A stretch of 64,000 nucleotides of DNA from contig NC_082710.1 in NCBI RefSeq assembly GCF_030144855.1, positions 149,482,001-149,546,000 of the forward strand, given 5' to 3'. Both the position numbers and the translations under genes were made by a program. Positions 12,801 to 27,800 of this stretch are shown piece by piece. The stretch is from Hypanus sabinus. Lineage: Eukaryota. The notes beneath the pieces were generated by a model, which was not told the origin of the DNA, ran no database searches, and saw only the letters and a program-made list of their open reading frames with translations. Each line of letters starts with the position of its first letter. The stretch's first letter is position 1.

Positions 12801-15800
12801 GGGTGGTGATGGAAGACGATGGCGGGACAGATCAGCGGATCGGTGATAAAAGCTGAGGAGTGCAGCGCTACGACTTGCGGGGTGGGAATACAGAACGCAG
12901 TCGGATTGAGCGTCCGACTTAAGCAGGTACTCTGGTCAACGGAGATAATACGTCCCCAATGTCGCCCTCTCTCTGAGAGACGACGTCCTATGTGATTCCA
13001 TGAGGTATTGTGTTGACCGCAGAGCTTTTAGCCCAAAAAAGTCCTATCTTCAAAAATATTCCAAATTAATGTTATTTACAAAAACCATTAGTTGACACTC
13101 ATGCACTGTCCGGTTGTCTGTCACCTCCACTGAGCGCAAACAGTGCATGACAGCGGCATTTCTTTGCTAAATCACCTGAAAATGCGCTAAAATACAGAAT
13201 GAAGGCAAGGATAGTACTTCCGAAGCAGGCAGGGCATCTAACAGTGGTAAGGAGGGCAAAGGTTCACGGACCAGGCGACCTCAGCTTTTCTCGGCTTTTT
13301 CGCTGAAGTCAGGCGTTCTTCTTAGAGCGCAGCTATAACAAGTGTTCTTATTAGGACACAGAAAGAATGCGACGCAGGGCGACGATGGAAAGAAGGCGGT
13401 GAGAGCAGTGCTTCGACTTGCCGGGCTGGAATGCAGAACGCTGTATGATGGTGTCCGAGGTTAGAAAGCTTACCCAGGAGAACGTGTAATAAACGTACCC
13501 AATGTCGCCCTCACATTGAGGAACCTCTTCCTACGTGGCTGTATCATGTTGTGTGTGGATTCCAGGTTCGTTTTCCCAAAAATACACTTTATTCAGAAAT
13601 ACCTCAAAATAAATTTATTTGCAAAACCCATTTGTTTCCTCTGATGCTCTGTCTGTTTGTGACCTGCAGTGAGGGCAAAGTGTGCTGTGCAGCGCCATTT
13701 TGTTTGGCTAAATCGCATTAAAATGCAGGAACGTATTGAAATAAAGCAAGGGTTGGTTCTAACTAATCTGGCCGGGAGCTGCCAATCATCAGGAGTGCAT
13801 GGGTTTCTGGGCCAGTCGATCTTAGCCCTTCTCGGCAATTTGGCTGAGATCAGGCGTTCTTATCAGAGCGCAGCTATAACAGGTGTTCTTATTAGGACAC
13901 AGAGAGGAAGCGACGCAGAGCGGCGATGGCAGAAAGGATCGGTGAAAGAGGCGGGGAGAGCAGTGCTTCGACTTGAGGGACTGGAAAACACAGCGCTGTA
14001 AGGGTAGGTGTCCTAGATTAGAAAACGTTCCTTGGAGAACGGGTAATTAACGGGTAACCCAATGTAGACCTCACCTTGAGAGACCTCTTCCTTTGCGGAT
14101 GCATCAGTTTTGGTGTGAATCGCAGGTTTTTCTAGCCACAAAATACACTTTATGCAGAAATATTTCAAAACAAAGTTAATGACAAACACCATTAGTAGAC
14201 CCTGATGCTCTGTCTTGTTGTGTCCTCCAGTTAGCGCAAAGGGTGTTTTACAGCGGCGTTTTTTTTTAGATAAATCGCCTTAAAATGCGCTAATGTATTG
14301 AATGAAATCAAAGGTTCTTGCAAAATGACCGGGCAGGGAGCAATCAGAGGTGAAGAGGGCAAAGGTTCGCGGACCATGTGATCTCAGCTCTTCACAGCCA
14401 ATTGGCTGAGATCATGCGTTCTTATCAGAGCGCAGCTATGCCAAGTGTTCTTATTAGGACACAGAGAGGAAGCGACGCAGAGCGCCGATGGAAAAAAGGA
14501 TCGGTGAAAGAGGCGGGGAGAGCAGTGCTTCGATTTGAGGGACTGGAAACCAAAACGCTGTAAGGGTAGGTGTCCGAGATTACAAAACGTTCCTTGGACA
14601 ACGGGTAATAAACGTACCCAGTGTCGCCCTCACATTGAGAAACCTCTTCCTACGTGGCTGTATCATGTGCGTGGATCCCAGGTTCTTTTAGCACAAAAAT
14701 ACACTTTATTCAGAAATACCTCAAAATAAATTTATTTACAAAAACCATTTGTTTACCCTGATGCTCTGTCTGCTTGTGACATCTAATGAGCGCAAAGTGT
14801 GCTGTGCAGCGGCATTTTGTTTGGCTAAATCGCATTTAAGTACACTAACGTAGTGAAATAAAGCAAAGATTGTTGCTAACTAATCTTTCAGGGAGCTGTC
14901 AATCATCAGGAGTGCATGGGGTCCTGGGCCAGTCGATCTTAGCCCTTCTCGGCATTTTGGCTGATATCAGGCGTTCTTATCAGAGCGCAGCTATAACAGG
15001 TGTTCTTATTAGGACACAGAGAGGAAGCGACGCAGAGCGGCGATGGCAGAAAGGATCGGTGAAAGAGGCGGGGAGAGCAGTGCTTCGACTTGAGGGACTG
15101 GAAAACACAGCGCTGTAAGGGTAGGTGTCCTAGATTAGAAAACGTTCCTTGGAGAACGGGTAATTAACGGGTAACCCAATGTAGACCTCACCTTGAGAGA
15201 CCTCTTCCTTTGCGGATGCATCAGTTTTGAGTGTGAATCGCAGGTTTTTCTAGCCACAAAATACACTTTATGCAGAAATATTTCAAAACAAAGTTAATGA
15301 CAAACACCATTAGTAGACCCTGATGCTCTGTCTGGTTGTGTCCTCCAGTTAGCGCAAAGGGTGTTTTACAGCGGCGTTTTTTTTTTAGCTAAATCGCCTT
15401 AAAATGCGCTAATGTATTGAATGAAATCAAAGGTTCGTGCGAAATGGCCGGGCAGGGAGCAATCAGAGGTGAAGAGGGCAAAGGTTCGCGGACCATGTGA
15501 TCTCAGCTCTTCACAGCCTATTGGCTGAGATCAGGCGTTCTTATCAGAGCGCAGCTGCACCAAGTCTTCATTTAGGATTGAGAACGAAAGCGACGCAGGG
15601 CGGTGATGGATGAGGATGGAGGACAGATCAGCAGATCGGTGATGAAGGCCGAGGAGTGCAGCGCTACTACTTGCGGGCTGGGAATACTGAACGCAGTCGG
15701 ATTGGGCGACCGTCTTTAGCAGGTACCCTGATCAACGGAGATGAGACGTCCCGAATATCGCCCTCTCCCTGAGAGACGACTTTCGATGTGATTCCATGAG

Positions 15801-18800
15801 GTTTTGTGTTGACCGCACAGCTTTTAGCCCAAAACAGTCCTATCTTCAAAAAATATTCCAAATTAATGAAATTTACAAAAACCATTAGTTGACACTCATG
15901 CACTGTCTGGTTGTCTATCACCTCCACAGCGCAAACAGTGCATGACAGCGGCATTTTTTTGCTAAATCACTTTAAAATGCGCTGAAATACAGAATGAAGG
16001 CAAGGCGAGTACTTCCGAAGCAGGCAGGGCAACTAACTGTGGTAAGGAGGGCAAAGGTTCACGGACCAGGCGACCTCAGCTTTTCTCGGCTTTTTCGCTG
16101 AGATCAGGCGTTCTTCTTAGAGCGCAGCTATAACAAGTGTTCTTATTAGGACACAGAAAGAATGCGACGCAGGGCGACGATGGAAAGAAGGCGGTGAGAG
16201 CAGTGCTTCGACTTGCCGGGCTGGAATGCAGAACGCTGTATGATGGTGTCCGAGGTTAGAAAGCTTACCCAGGAGAACGTGTAATAAACGTACCCAATGT
16301 CGCCCTCACATTGAGGAACCTCTTCCTACGTGGCTGTATCATGTTGTGTGTGGATTCCAAGTTCTTTTCCCCAAAAATACACTTTATTCTGAAATACCTC
16401 AAAATAAATTTATTTGCAAAACCCATTTGTTTCCTCTGATGCTCTGTCTGTTTGTGACCTGCAGTGAGGGCAAAGTGTGCTGTGCAGCGCCATTTTGTTT
16501 GGCTAAATCGCATTAAAATGCAGGAACGTATTGAAATAAAGCAAGGGTTGGTTCTAACTAATCTGGCCGGGAGCTGTCAATCATCAGGAGTGCATGGGGT
16601 CCTGGGCCAGTCGATCTTAGCCCTTCTCGGCATTTTGGCTGATATCAGGCGTTCTTATTAGAGCGCAGCTATAACAGGTGTTGTTATTAGGACACAGAGA
16701 GGAAGCGACGCAGAGCGGAGATGGAAGAAAGGATCGGTGAAAGAGGCGGGGAGAGCAGTGCTTCGACTTGAGGGACTGGAAAACACAGCGCTGTAAGGGT
16801 AGGTGTCCTAGATTAGAAAACGTTCCTAGGAGAACGGGTAATTAACGGGTAACCCAATGTAGACCTCACCTTGAGAGACCTCTTCCTTTGCGGATGCATC
16901 AGTTTTGGTGTGAATCGCAGGTTTTTCTAGCCACAAAATTCACTTTATGCAGAAATATTTCAAAATAAAGTTAATTACAAAGACCATTAGTAGACCCTGA
17001 TGCTCTGTCTGGTTGTGTCCTCCAGTTAGCGCAAAGGGTGTTTAACAGCAACCTTTTTTTTTTAGCTAAATCGCCTTAAAATGCGCTAATGTATTGAATG
17101 AAATCAAAGGTTCGTGCGAAATGACCGGGCAGGGAGCAATCAGAGGTGAAGAGGGCAAAGGTTCGCGGACCATGTGATCTCAGCTCTTCACAGCCTATTG
17201 GCTGAGATCAGGCGTTCTTATCAGAGCGCAGCTACACCAAGTCTTCATTTAGGATTGAGAACGAAAGCGACGCAGGGCGGTGATGGATGAGGATGGAGGA
17301 CAGATCAGCAGATCGGTGATGAAGGCCGAGGAGTGCAGCGCTACTACTTGCGGGCTGGGAATACTGAACGCAGTCGGATTGGGCGACCGTCTTTAGCAGG
17401 TACTCTGGTCAACGGAGATAATACGTCCCCAATGTCGCCCTCTCTCTGAGAGACGACTTCCTATGTGATTCCATGAGGTATTGTGTTGACCGCAGAGCTT
17501 TTAGCCCAAAAAAGTCCTAGCTTCAAAAATATTCCAAATTAATGTTATTTACAAAAACCATTAGTTGACACTCATGCACTGTCCGGTTGTCTGTCACCTC
17601 CACTGAGCGCAAACAGTGCATGACAGCGGCATATTTTTACTAAATCACCTGAAAATGCGCTAAAATACAGAATGAAGGCAAGGAGAGTACTTCCGAAGCA
17701 GGCAGGGCGCTATCAGTGGTCAGGAGGGCAAAGGCTACCTGACCAGGCGACCTCAGCTTTTCTCGGCTTTTTCGCTGAAGTCAGGCGTTCTTCTTAGAGC
17801 GCAGCTATAACAAGTGTTCTTATTAGGACACAGAAAGAATGCGACGCAGGGCGACGATGGAAAGAAGGCGGTGAGAGCAGTGCTTCGACTTGCCGGGCCG
17901 GAATGCAGAACGCTGTATGATGGTGTCCGAGGTTAGAAAGCTTACCCAGGAGAACGTGTAATAAACGTACCCAGTGTCGCCCTCACATTGAGGAACCTCT
18001 TCCTACGTGGCTGTATCATGTTGTGTGTGGATTCCAGGTTCTTTTTCCCAAAAATACACTTTATTCAGAAGTACCTCAAAATAAATTTATTTGCAAAACC
18101 CATTTGTTTCCTCTGATGCTCTGTCTGTTTGTGACCTGCAGTGAGGGCAAAGTGTGCTGTGCAGCGCCATTTTGTTTGGCTAAATCGCATTAAAATGCAG
18201 GAACGTATTGAAATAAAGCAAGGGTTGGTTCTAACTAATCTGGCCGGGAGCTGCCAATCATCAGGAGTGCATGGGTTTCTGGGCCAGTCGATCGCAGACC
18301 TTCTCGGCAATTTGGCTGAGATCAGGCGTTCTTATTAGAGCAGAGCTATGCCAAGTGTTCTTATTAGGACACAGAGAGGAAGCGACGCAGAGCGCCGATG
18401 GAAAAAGGGATCGGTGAAAGAGGCGGGGAGAGCAGTGCTTCGATTTGAGGGACTGGAAACCAAAACGCTGTAAGGGTAGGTGTCCTAGATTACAAAACGT
18501 TCCTTGGACAACGGGTAATTAACGTACCCAGTGTCGCCCTCACATTGAGAAACCTCTTCCCACGTGGCTGTATCATGTGTGTGGATCCCAGGTTCTTTTA
18601 GCTCAAAAATACACTTTATTCAGAAATACCTCAAAATAAATTTATTTACAAAAACCATTTGTTTACCCTGATGCTCTGTCTGCTTGTGACATCTAATGAG
18701 CGCAAAGTGTGCTGTGCAGCGGCATTTTGTTTGGCTAAATCGCATTTAAGTACACTAACGTAGTGAAATAAAGCAAAGATTGTTGCAAACTAATCTGGCA

Positions 18801-21800
18801 GGGAGCTTTCAATGATCAGGAGTGCATGGGGTCCTGGGCCAGTCGATCTTAGCCCTTCTCGGCATTTTGGCTGATATCAGGCGTTGTTATTAGAGCAGAG
18901 CTATAACAGGTGTTATTAGGACACAGAGAGGAAGCGACGCAGAGCGGCGATGGAAGAAAGGATCGGTGAAAGAGGCGGGGAGAGCAGTGCTTCGACTTGA
19001 GGGACTGGAAACCACAGCGCTGTAAGGGTAGGTGTCCTAGATTAGAAAACGTTCCTTGGAGAACGGGTAATTAACGGGTAACCCAATGTAGACCTCACCT
19101 TGAGAGACCTCTTCCTTTGCGGATGCATCAGTTTTGGTGTGAATCGCAGGTTTTTCTAGCCACAAAATACACTTTATGCAGAAATATTTCAAAATAAAGT
19201 TAATTACAAACACCATTAGTAGACCCTGATGCTCTGTCTGGTTGTGTCCTCCAGTTATCGCAAAGGGTGTTTTACAGCGGCGTTTTTTTTTGCTAAATCG
19301 CCTTGAAATGCGCTAATGTATTGAATGAAATCAAAGGTTCGTGCGAAATGACCGGGCAGGGAGCAATCAGAGGTGAAGAGGGCAAAGGTTCGCGGACCAT
19401 GTGATCTCAGCTCTTCACGGCCTATTGGCTGAGATCAGGCGTTCTTATCAGAGCGCAGCTATACCAAGTCTTCATTTAGGATTGAGAACGAAAGCGACGC
19501 AGGGCGGTGATGGACGAGGATGGAGGACAGATCAGCAGGTCGGTGATGAAGGCCGAGGAGTGCAGCGCTACTACTTGCGGGCTGGGAATACTGAACGCAG
19601 TCGGATTGGGCGACCGTCTTTAGCAGGTACCCTGGTCAACGGAGATGAGACGTCCCCAATATCGCCCTCTCCCTGAGAGACGACTTTCGATGTGATTCCA
19701 TGAGGTTTTGTGTTGACCGCACAGCTTTTAGCCCAAAACAGTCCTATCTTCAAAAAATATTCCAAATTAATGAAATTTACAAAAACCATTAGTTGACACT
19801 CATGCACTGTCTGGTTGTCTATCACCTCCACAGCGCAAACAGTGCATGACAGCGGCATTTTTTTGCTAAATCACTTTAAAATGCGCTGAAATACAGAATG
19901 AAGGCAAGGCGAGTACTTCCGAAGCAGGCAGGGCATCTAACAGTGGTAAGGAGGGCAAAGGTTCACGGACCAGGCGACCTCAGCTTTTCTCGGCCATTTG
20001 GCTGAGATCAGGCGTTCTTCTTAGAGCGCAGCTATAACAAGTGTTCTTATTAGGACACAGTACGAATGCGACGCAGGGCGGCGATGGAAAGAAGGATCGG
20101 TGAAGAAAGCGGTGAGAGCAGGGCTTCGACTTGCGGGGCTGGAATGCAGAACGCTGTATGATGGTGTCCGAGGTTAGAAAACGTACCCAGGAGAAAGTGT
20201 AATACACGTACCCAATGTCACCCTCACATTGAGAGACCTCTTCCAATGTGGCTGCATAATGTTGTATGTGTATCCCAGGTTCTTTTCGCCCAAAACTACA
20301 CTTTATTCAGAGATACCTCAAAATAAATTTATTTACAAAAACCATTTGTTTACTCTGATGCTCCGTCTGCTTGTGGCATCTAATGAGCGCACAGTATGCT
20401 GTGCAGCGGCATTTTGTTTGGCTAAATCGATTTCAAATACACTAACGTATTGAAATAAAGCAAAGATTGGTGCAAACTAATCTGGCAGGGAGCTGTCAAT
20501 CATCAGGAGTGCATGGGGTCCTGGGCCAGTCGATCTTAGCCCTTCTCGACATTTTGGCTGAGATCAGGCGTTCTTATTAGAGCAGAGCTATGCCAAGTGT
20601 CCTTATTAGGACACAGAGAGGAAGCGAGCCAGAGCGGCGATGGAAGAAAGGATCGTTGAAAGAGGCGGGGAGTGCAGTGCTTCGACTTGTGGGACTGGAA
20701 ACCAAAGCGCTGTAAGGGTAGGTGTCCTAGATTAGAAAACGTTCCTTGGAGAACGGGTAATTAACGGGTAACCCAATGTAGACCTCACCTTGAGAGACCT
20801 CTTCCTTTGCGGATGCATCAGTTTTGGTGTGAATCGCAGGTTTTTCTAGCCACAAAATACACTTTATGCAGAAATATTTCAAAATAAAGTTAATTACAAA
20901 CACCATTAGTAGAACCTGATGCTCTGTCTGGTTGTGTCCTCCAGTTAGCGCAAAGGGTGTTTTACAGCGGCGTTTTTTTTTTTGCTAAATCGCCTTAAAA
21001 TGCGCTAATGTATTGAATGAAATCAAAGGTTCGTGCGAAATGACCGGGCAGGGAGCAATCAGAGGTGAAGAGGGCAAAGGTTCGCGGACCATGTGATCTC
21101 AGCTCTTCACGGCCTATTGGCTGAGATCAGGCGTTCTTAGCAGAGCGCAGCTATACCAAGTCTTCATTTAGGATTGAGAACGAAAGCGACGCAGGGCGGT
21201 GATGGACGAGGATGGAGGACAGATCAGCAGGTCGGTGATGAAGGCCGAGGAGTGCAGCGCTACTACTTGCGGGCTGGGAATACTGAACGCAGTCGGATTG
21301 GGCGACCGTCTTTAGCAGGTACCCTGGTCAACGGAGATGAGACGTCCCCAATATCGCCCTCTCCCTGAGAGACGACTTTCGATGTGATTCCATGAGGTTT
21401 TGTGTTGACCGCACAGCTTTTAGCCCAAAACAGTCCTATCTTCAAAAAATATTCCAAATTAATGAAATTTACAAAAACCATTAGTTGACACTCATGCACT
21501 GTCTGGTTGTCTATCACCTCCACAGCGCAAACAGTGCATGACAGCGGCATTTTTTTGCTAAATCACTTTAAAATGCGCTGAAATACAGAATGAAGGCAAG
21601 GCGAGTACTTCCGAAGCAGGCAGGGCATCTAACAGTGGTAAGGAGGGCAAAGGTTCACGGACCAGGCGACCTCAGCTTTTCTCGGCCATTTGGCTGAGAT
21701 CAGGCGTTCTTCTTAGAGCGCAGCTATAACAAGTGTTCTTATTAGGACACAGTACGAATGCGACGCAGGGCGGCGATGGAAAGAAGGATCGGTGAAGAAA

Positions 21801-24800
21801 GCGGTGAGAGTAGGGCTTCGACTTGCCGGGCTGGAATGCAGAACGCTGTATGATGGTGTCCGAGGTTAGAAAACGTACCCAGGAGAAAGTGTAATACACG
21901 TACCCAATGTCACCCTCACATTGAGAGACCTCTTCCAATGTGGCTGCATAATGTTGTATGTGTATCCCAGGTTCTTTTCGCCCAAAACTACACTTTATTC
22001 AGAGATACCTCAAAATAAATTTATTTACAAAAACCATTTGTTTACTCTGATGCTCCGTCTGCTTGTGGCATCTAATGAGCGCACAGTATGCTGTGCAGCG
22101 GCATTTTGTTTGGCTAAATCGATTTCAAATACACTAACGTATTGAAATAAAGCAAAGATTGGTGCAAACTAATCTGGCAGGGAGCTGTCAATCATCAGGA
22201 GTGCATGGGGTCCTGGGCCAGTCGATCTTAGCCCTTCTCGACATTTTGGCTGAGATCAGGCGTTCTTATTAGAGCAGAGCTATGCCAAGTGTCCTTATTA
22301 GGACACAGAGAGGAAGCGAGCCAGAGCGGCGATGGAAGAAAGGATCGTTGAAAGAGGCGGGGAGTGCAGTGCTTCGACTTGTGGGACTGGAAACCAAAGC
22401 GCTGTAAGGGTAGGTGTCCTAGATTAGAAAACGTTCCTTGGAGAACGGGTAATTAAGGTACCCAATGTCGCCCTCACACTGGGAGACCACTTCCTTTGCG
22501 GATGCATCAGTTTTGGTGTGAATCGCAGGTTTTTCTAGCCACAAAATACACTTTATGCAGAAATATTTCAAAATAAAGTTAATTACAAAGACCATTAGTA
22601 GACCCTGATGCTCTGTCTGGTTGTGTCCTCCAGTTAGCGCAAAGGTGTTTTACAGCGGCTTTTTTTTTTTTAGCTAAATCGCCTTAAAATGCGCTAATGT
22701 ATTGAATGAAATCAAAGGTTCTTGCAAAATGACCGGGCAGGGAGCAATCAGAGGTGAAGAGGGCAAAGGTTCGCGGACCATGTGATCTCAGCTCTTCACA
22801 GCCTATTGGCTGAGATCAGGCGTTCTTATCAGAGCGCAGCTACACCAAGTCTTCATTATAATTGAGAACGAAAGCGACGCAGGGCGGTGATGGAAGACGA
22901 TGGCGGGACAGATCAGCGGATCGGTGATAAAAGCTGAGGAGTGCAGCGCTACGACTTGCGGGGTGGGAATACAGAACGCAGTCGGATTGAGCGTCCGACT
23001 TAAGCAGGTACTCTGGTCAACGGAGATAATACGTCCCCAATGTCGCCCTCTCTCTGAGAGACGACTTCCTATGTGATTCCATGAGGTATTGTGTTGACCG
23101 CACAGCTTTTAGCCCAAAAAAGTCCTAGCTTCAAAAATATTCCAAATTAATGTTATTTACAAAAACCATTAGTTGACACTCCTGCACTGTCTGGTTGTCT
23201 GTCACCTCCACTGAGCGCAAACAGTGCATGACAGCGGCATTTTTTTGCTAAATCTCCTGAAAATGCGCTAAAATACAGAATGAAGGCAAGGATAGTACTT
23301 CCGAAGCAGGCAGGGCATCTAACAGTGGTAAGGAGGGCAAAGGTTCACGGACCAGGCGACCTCAGCTTTTCTCGGCTTTTTCGCTGAAGTCAGGCGTTCT
23401 TCTTAGAGCGCAGCTATAACAAGTGTTGTTCTTAGGACACAGAAAGAATGCGACGCAGGGCGACGATGGAGAGAAGGCGGTGAGAGCAGTGCTTCGACTC
23501 GCCGGGCTGGAATGCAGAACGCTGTATGATGGTGTCCGAGGTTAGAAAACGCACCCAGGAGAACGTGTAATAAACGTACCCAATGTCGCCCTCGCATTGA
23601 GAGACCTCTTCCAATGTGGCTGCATCATGTTGTGTGTGTATCCCAGGTTCGTTTTCCCGAAAATACACTTCATTCAGAAATTCCTCAAAATAAATTTATT
23701 TGCAAAACCCATTTGTTTCCTCTGATGCTCTGTCTGTTTGTGACCTGCAGTGAGGGCAAAGTGTGCTGTGCAGCGACATTTTGTTTGGCTAAATCGCATT
23801 AAAATGCAGGAACGTATTGAAATAAAGCAAGGGTTGGTTCTAACTAATCTGACCGGGAGCTGCCAATCATCAGGAGTACATGGGTTTCTGGGCCAGTCGA
23901 TCGCAGACCTTCTCGGCAATTTGGCTGAGATCAGGCGTTCTTATTAGAGCAGAGCTATGCCAAGTGTTCTTATTAGGACACAGAGAGGAAGCGACGCAGA
24001 GCGCCGATGGAAAAAAGGATCGGTGAAAGAGGCGGGGAGAGCAGTGCTTCGATTTGAGGGACTGGAAACCAAAACGCTGTAAGGGTAGGTGTCCTAGATT
24101 ACAAAACGTTCCTTGGACAACGGGTAATTAACGTACCCAGTGTCGCCCTCACATTGAGAAACCTCTTCCCACGTGGCTGTATCATGTGTGTGGATCCCAG
24201 GTTCTTTTAGCTCAAAAATACACTTTATTCAGAAATACCTCAAAATAAATTTATTTACAAAAACCATTTGTTTACCCTGATGCTCTGTCTGCTTGTGACA
24301 TCTAATGAGCGCAAAGTGTGCTGTGCAGCGGCATTTTGTTTGGCTAAATCGCATTTAAGTACACTAACATAGTGAAATAAAGCAAAGATTGTTGCAAACT
24401 AATCTGGCAGGGAGCTGTCAATCATCAGGAGTGCATGGGGTCCTGGGCCAGTCGATCTTAGCACTTCTCGGCATTTTGGCTGATATCAGGCGTTGTTATT
24501 AGAGCAGAGCTATAACAGGTGTTCTTATTAGGACACAGAGAGGAAGCGACGCAGAGCGGCGATGGAAGAAAGGATCGGTGAAAGAGGCGGGGAGAGCAGT
24601 GCTTCGACTTGAGGGACTGGAAAACACAGCGCTGTAAGGGTAGGTGTCCTAGATTAGAAAACGTTCCTTGGAGAACGGGTAATTAACGGGTAACCCAATG
24701 TAGACCTCACCTTGAGAGACCTCTTCCTTTGCGGATGCATCAGTTTTGGTGTGAATCGCAGGTTTTTCTAGCCACAAAATACACTTTATGCAGAAATATT

Positions 24801-27800
24801 TCAAAATCAAGTTAATTACAAACACCATTAGTAGACCCTGATGCTCTGTCTGGTTGTGTCCTCCAGTTAGCGCAAAGGGTGTTTTACAGCGGCGTTTTTT
24901 TTTGCTAAATTGCCTTAAAATAAGCTAATGTATTGAATGAAATCAAAGGTTCTTGCAAAATGACCGGGCAGGGAGCAATCAGAGGTGAAGAGGGCAAAGG
25001 TTGGCGGACCATGTGATCTCAGCTCTTCACAGCCTATTGGCTGAGATCAGGCGTTCTTATCAGAGCGCAGCTACACCAAGTCTTCATTATAATTGAGAAC
25101 GAAAGCGACGCAGGGCGGTGATGGAAGACGATGGCAGGACAGATCAGCGGATCGGTGATAAAAGCTGAGGAGTGCAGCGCTACGACTTGCGGGGTGGGAA
25201 TACAGAACGCAGTCGGATTGAGCGTCCGACTTAAGCAGGTACTCTGGTCAACGGAGATAATACGTCCCCAATGTCGCCCTCTCTCTGAGAGACGACTTCC
25301 TATGTGATTCCATGAGGTATTGTGTTGACCGCACAGCTTTTAGCCCAAAAAAGTCCTAGCTTCAAAAATATTCCAAATTAATGTTATTTACAAAAACCAT
25401 TAATTGACACTCATGCACTGTCTGGTTGTCTATCACCTCCACAGCGCAAACAGTGCATGACAGCGGCATTTTTTTGCTAAATCACTTTAAAATGCGCTGA
25501 AATACAGAATGAAGGCAAGGCGAATACTTCCGAAGCAGGCAGGGCATCTAACAGTGGTAAGGTGGGCAAAGGTTCACGGACCAGGCGACCTCAGCTTTTC
25601 TCGGCCATTTGGCTGAGATCAGGCGTTCTTCTTAGAGCGCAGCTATAACAAGTGTTCTTATTAGGACACAGTACGAATGCGACGCAGGGCGGCGATGGAA
25701 AGAAGGATCGGTGAAGAAAGCGGTGAGAGCAGGGCTTCGACTTGCCGGGCTGGAATGCAGAACGCTGTATGATGTTGTCTGAGGTTAGAAAGCTTACCCA
25801 GGAGAAAGTGTAATAAACGTACCCAATGTCACCCTCACATTGAGAGACCTCTTCCAATGTGGCTGCATAATGTTGTATGTGTATCCCAGGTTCTTTTCGC
25901 CCAAAACTACACTTTATTCAGAGATACCTCAAAATAAATTTATTTACAAAAACCATTTGTTTACTCTGAAGCTCTGTCTGCTTGTGACATCTAATGAGCG
26001 CAAAGTGTGCTGTGCAGCGGCATTTTGTTTGGCTAAATCGCATTTAAGTACACTAACGTAGTGAAATAAAGCAAAGGTTGGTGCAAACTAATCTGGCAGG
26101 GAGCTGTCAATCATCAGGAGTGCATGGGGTCCTGGGCCAGTCGATCTTAGCCCTTCTCGACATTTTGGCTGAGATCAGGCGTTCTTATTAGAGCAGAGCT
26201 ATGCCAAGTGTTCTTATTAGGACACAGAGAGGAAGCTACGCAGAGCGCCGATGGAAAAAAGGATCGGTGAAAGAGGCGGGGAGAGCAGTGCTTCGATTTG
26301 AGGGACTGGAAACCAAAACGCTGTAAGGGTAGGTGTCCGAGATTAGAAAACGTTCCTTGGAGAACGGGTAATTAAGGTACCCAATGTCGCCCTCACACTG
26401 GGAGACCACTTCCTTTGCGGATGCATCAGTTTTGGTGTGAATCGCAGGTTTTTCTAGCCACAAAATACACTTTATGCAGAAATATTTCAAAATAAAGTTA
26501 ATTACAAACACCATTAGTAGACCCTGATGCTCTGTCTGGTTGTGTCCTCCAGTTAGCGCAAAGGGTGTTTAACAGCAACCTTTTTTTTTAGCTAAATCGC
26601 CTTAAAATGCGCTAATGAATTGAATGAAATCAAAGGTTCATGCAAAATGACCGGGCAGGGAGCAATCAGAGGTGAAGAGGGCAAAGGTTCGCGGACCATG
26701 TGATCTCAGCTCTTCACAGCCTATTGGCTGAGATCAGGCGTTCTTATCAGAGCGCAGCTACACCAAGTCTTCATTTAGGATTGAGAACGAAAGCGACGCA
26801 GGGCGGTGATGGAAGACGATGGCGGGACAGATCAGCGGATCGGTGATAAAGGCTGAGGAGTGCAGCGCTACGACTTGCGGGGTGGGAATACAGAACGCAG
26901 TCGGATTGAGCGTCCGACTTAAGCAGGTACTCTGGTCAACGGAGAGAATACGTCCCCAATGTCACCCTCTCCCTGAGAGACGACTTCTTATGTGATTCCA
27001 TGAGGTTTTGTGTTGACCGCCGAGCTTTTAGACCAAAAAAGTCCGACCTTCAAAAATATTCCAAATTAATGATATTTACAAAAACCATTAGTTGACACTC
27101 ATGCACTGTCCGGTTGTCTGTCACCTCCACTGAGCGCAAACAGTGCATGACAGCGGCATTTTTTTGCTAAATCACCTGAAAATGCGCTAAAATACAGAAT
27201 GAAGGCAAGGAGAGTACTTCCGAAGCAGGCAGGGCATCTAACAGTGGTAAGGGGGGCAAAGGTTCACGGACCAGGCGACCTCAGCTTTTCTCGGCTTTTT
27301 CGCTGAAGTCAGGCGTTCTTCTTAGAGCGCAGCTATAACAAGTGTTCTTATTAGGACACAGAAAGAATGCGACGCAGGGCAGCGATGGAAAGAAGGCGGT
27401 GAGAGCAGGGCTTCGACTTGCCGGGCTGGAATGCGGAACGCTGTATGATGGTGTCCGAGGTTAGAAAGCTTACCCAGGAGAACGTGTAATAAACGTACCC
27501 AATGTCGCCCTCACATTGAGGAACCTCTTCCTACGTGGCTGTATCATGTTGTGTGTGGATTCCAGGTTCGTTTTCCCAAAAATACACTTTATTCAGAAAT
27601 ACCTCAAAATAAATTTATTTGCAAAACCCATTTGTTTCCTCTGATGCTCTGTCTGTTTGTGACCTGCAGTGAGGGCAAAGTGTGCTGTGCAGCGCCATTT
27701 TGTTTGGCTAAATCGCATTAAAATGCAGGAACGTATTGAAATAAAGCAAGGGTTGGTTCTAACTAATCTGGCCGGGAGCTGCCAATCATCAGGAGTGCAT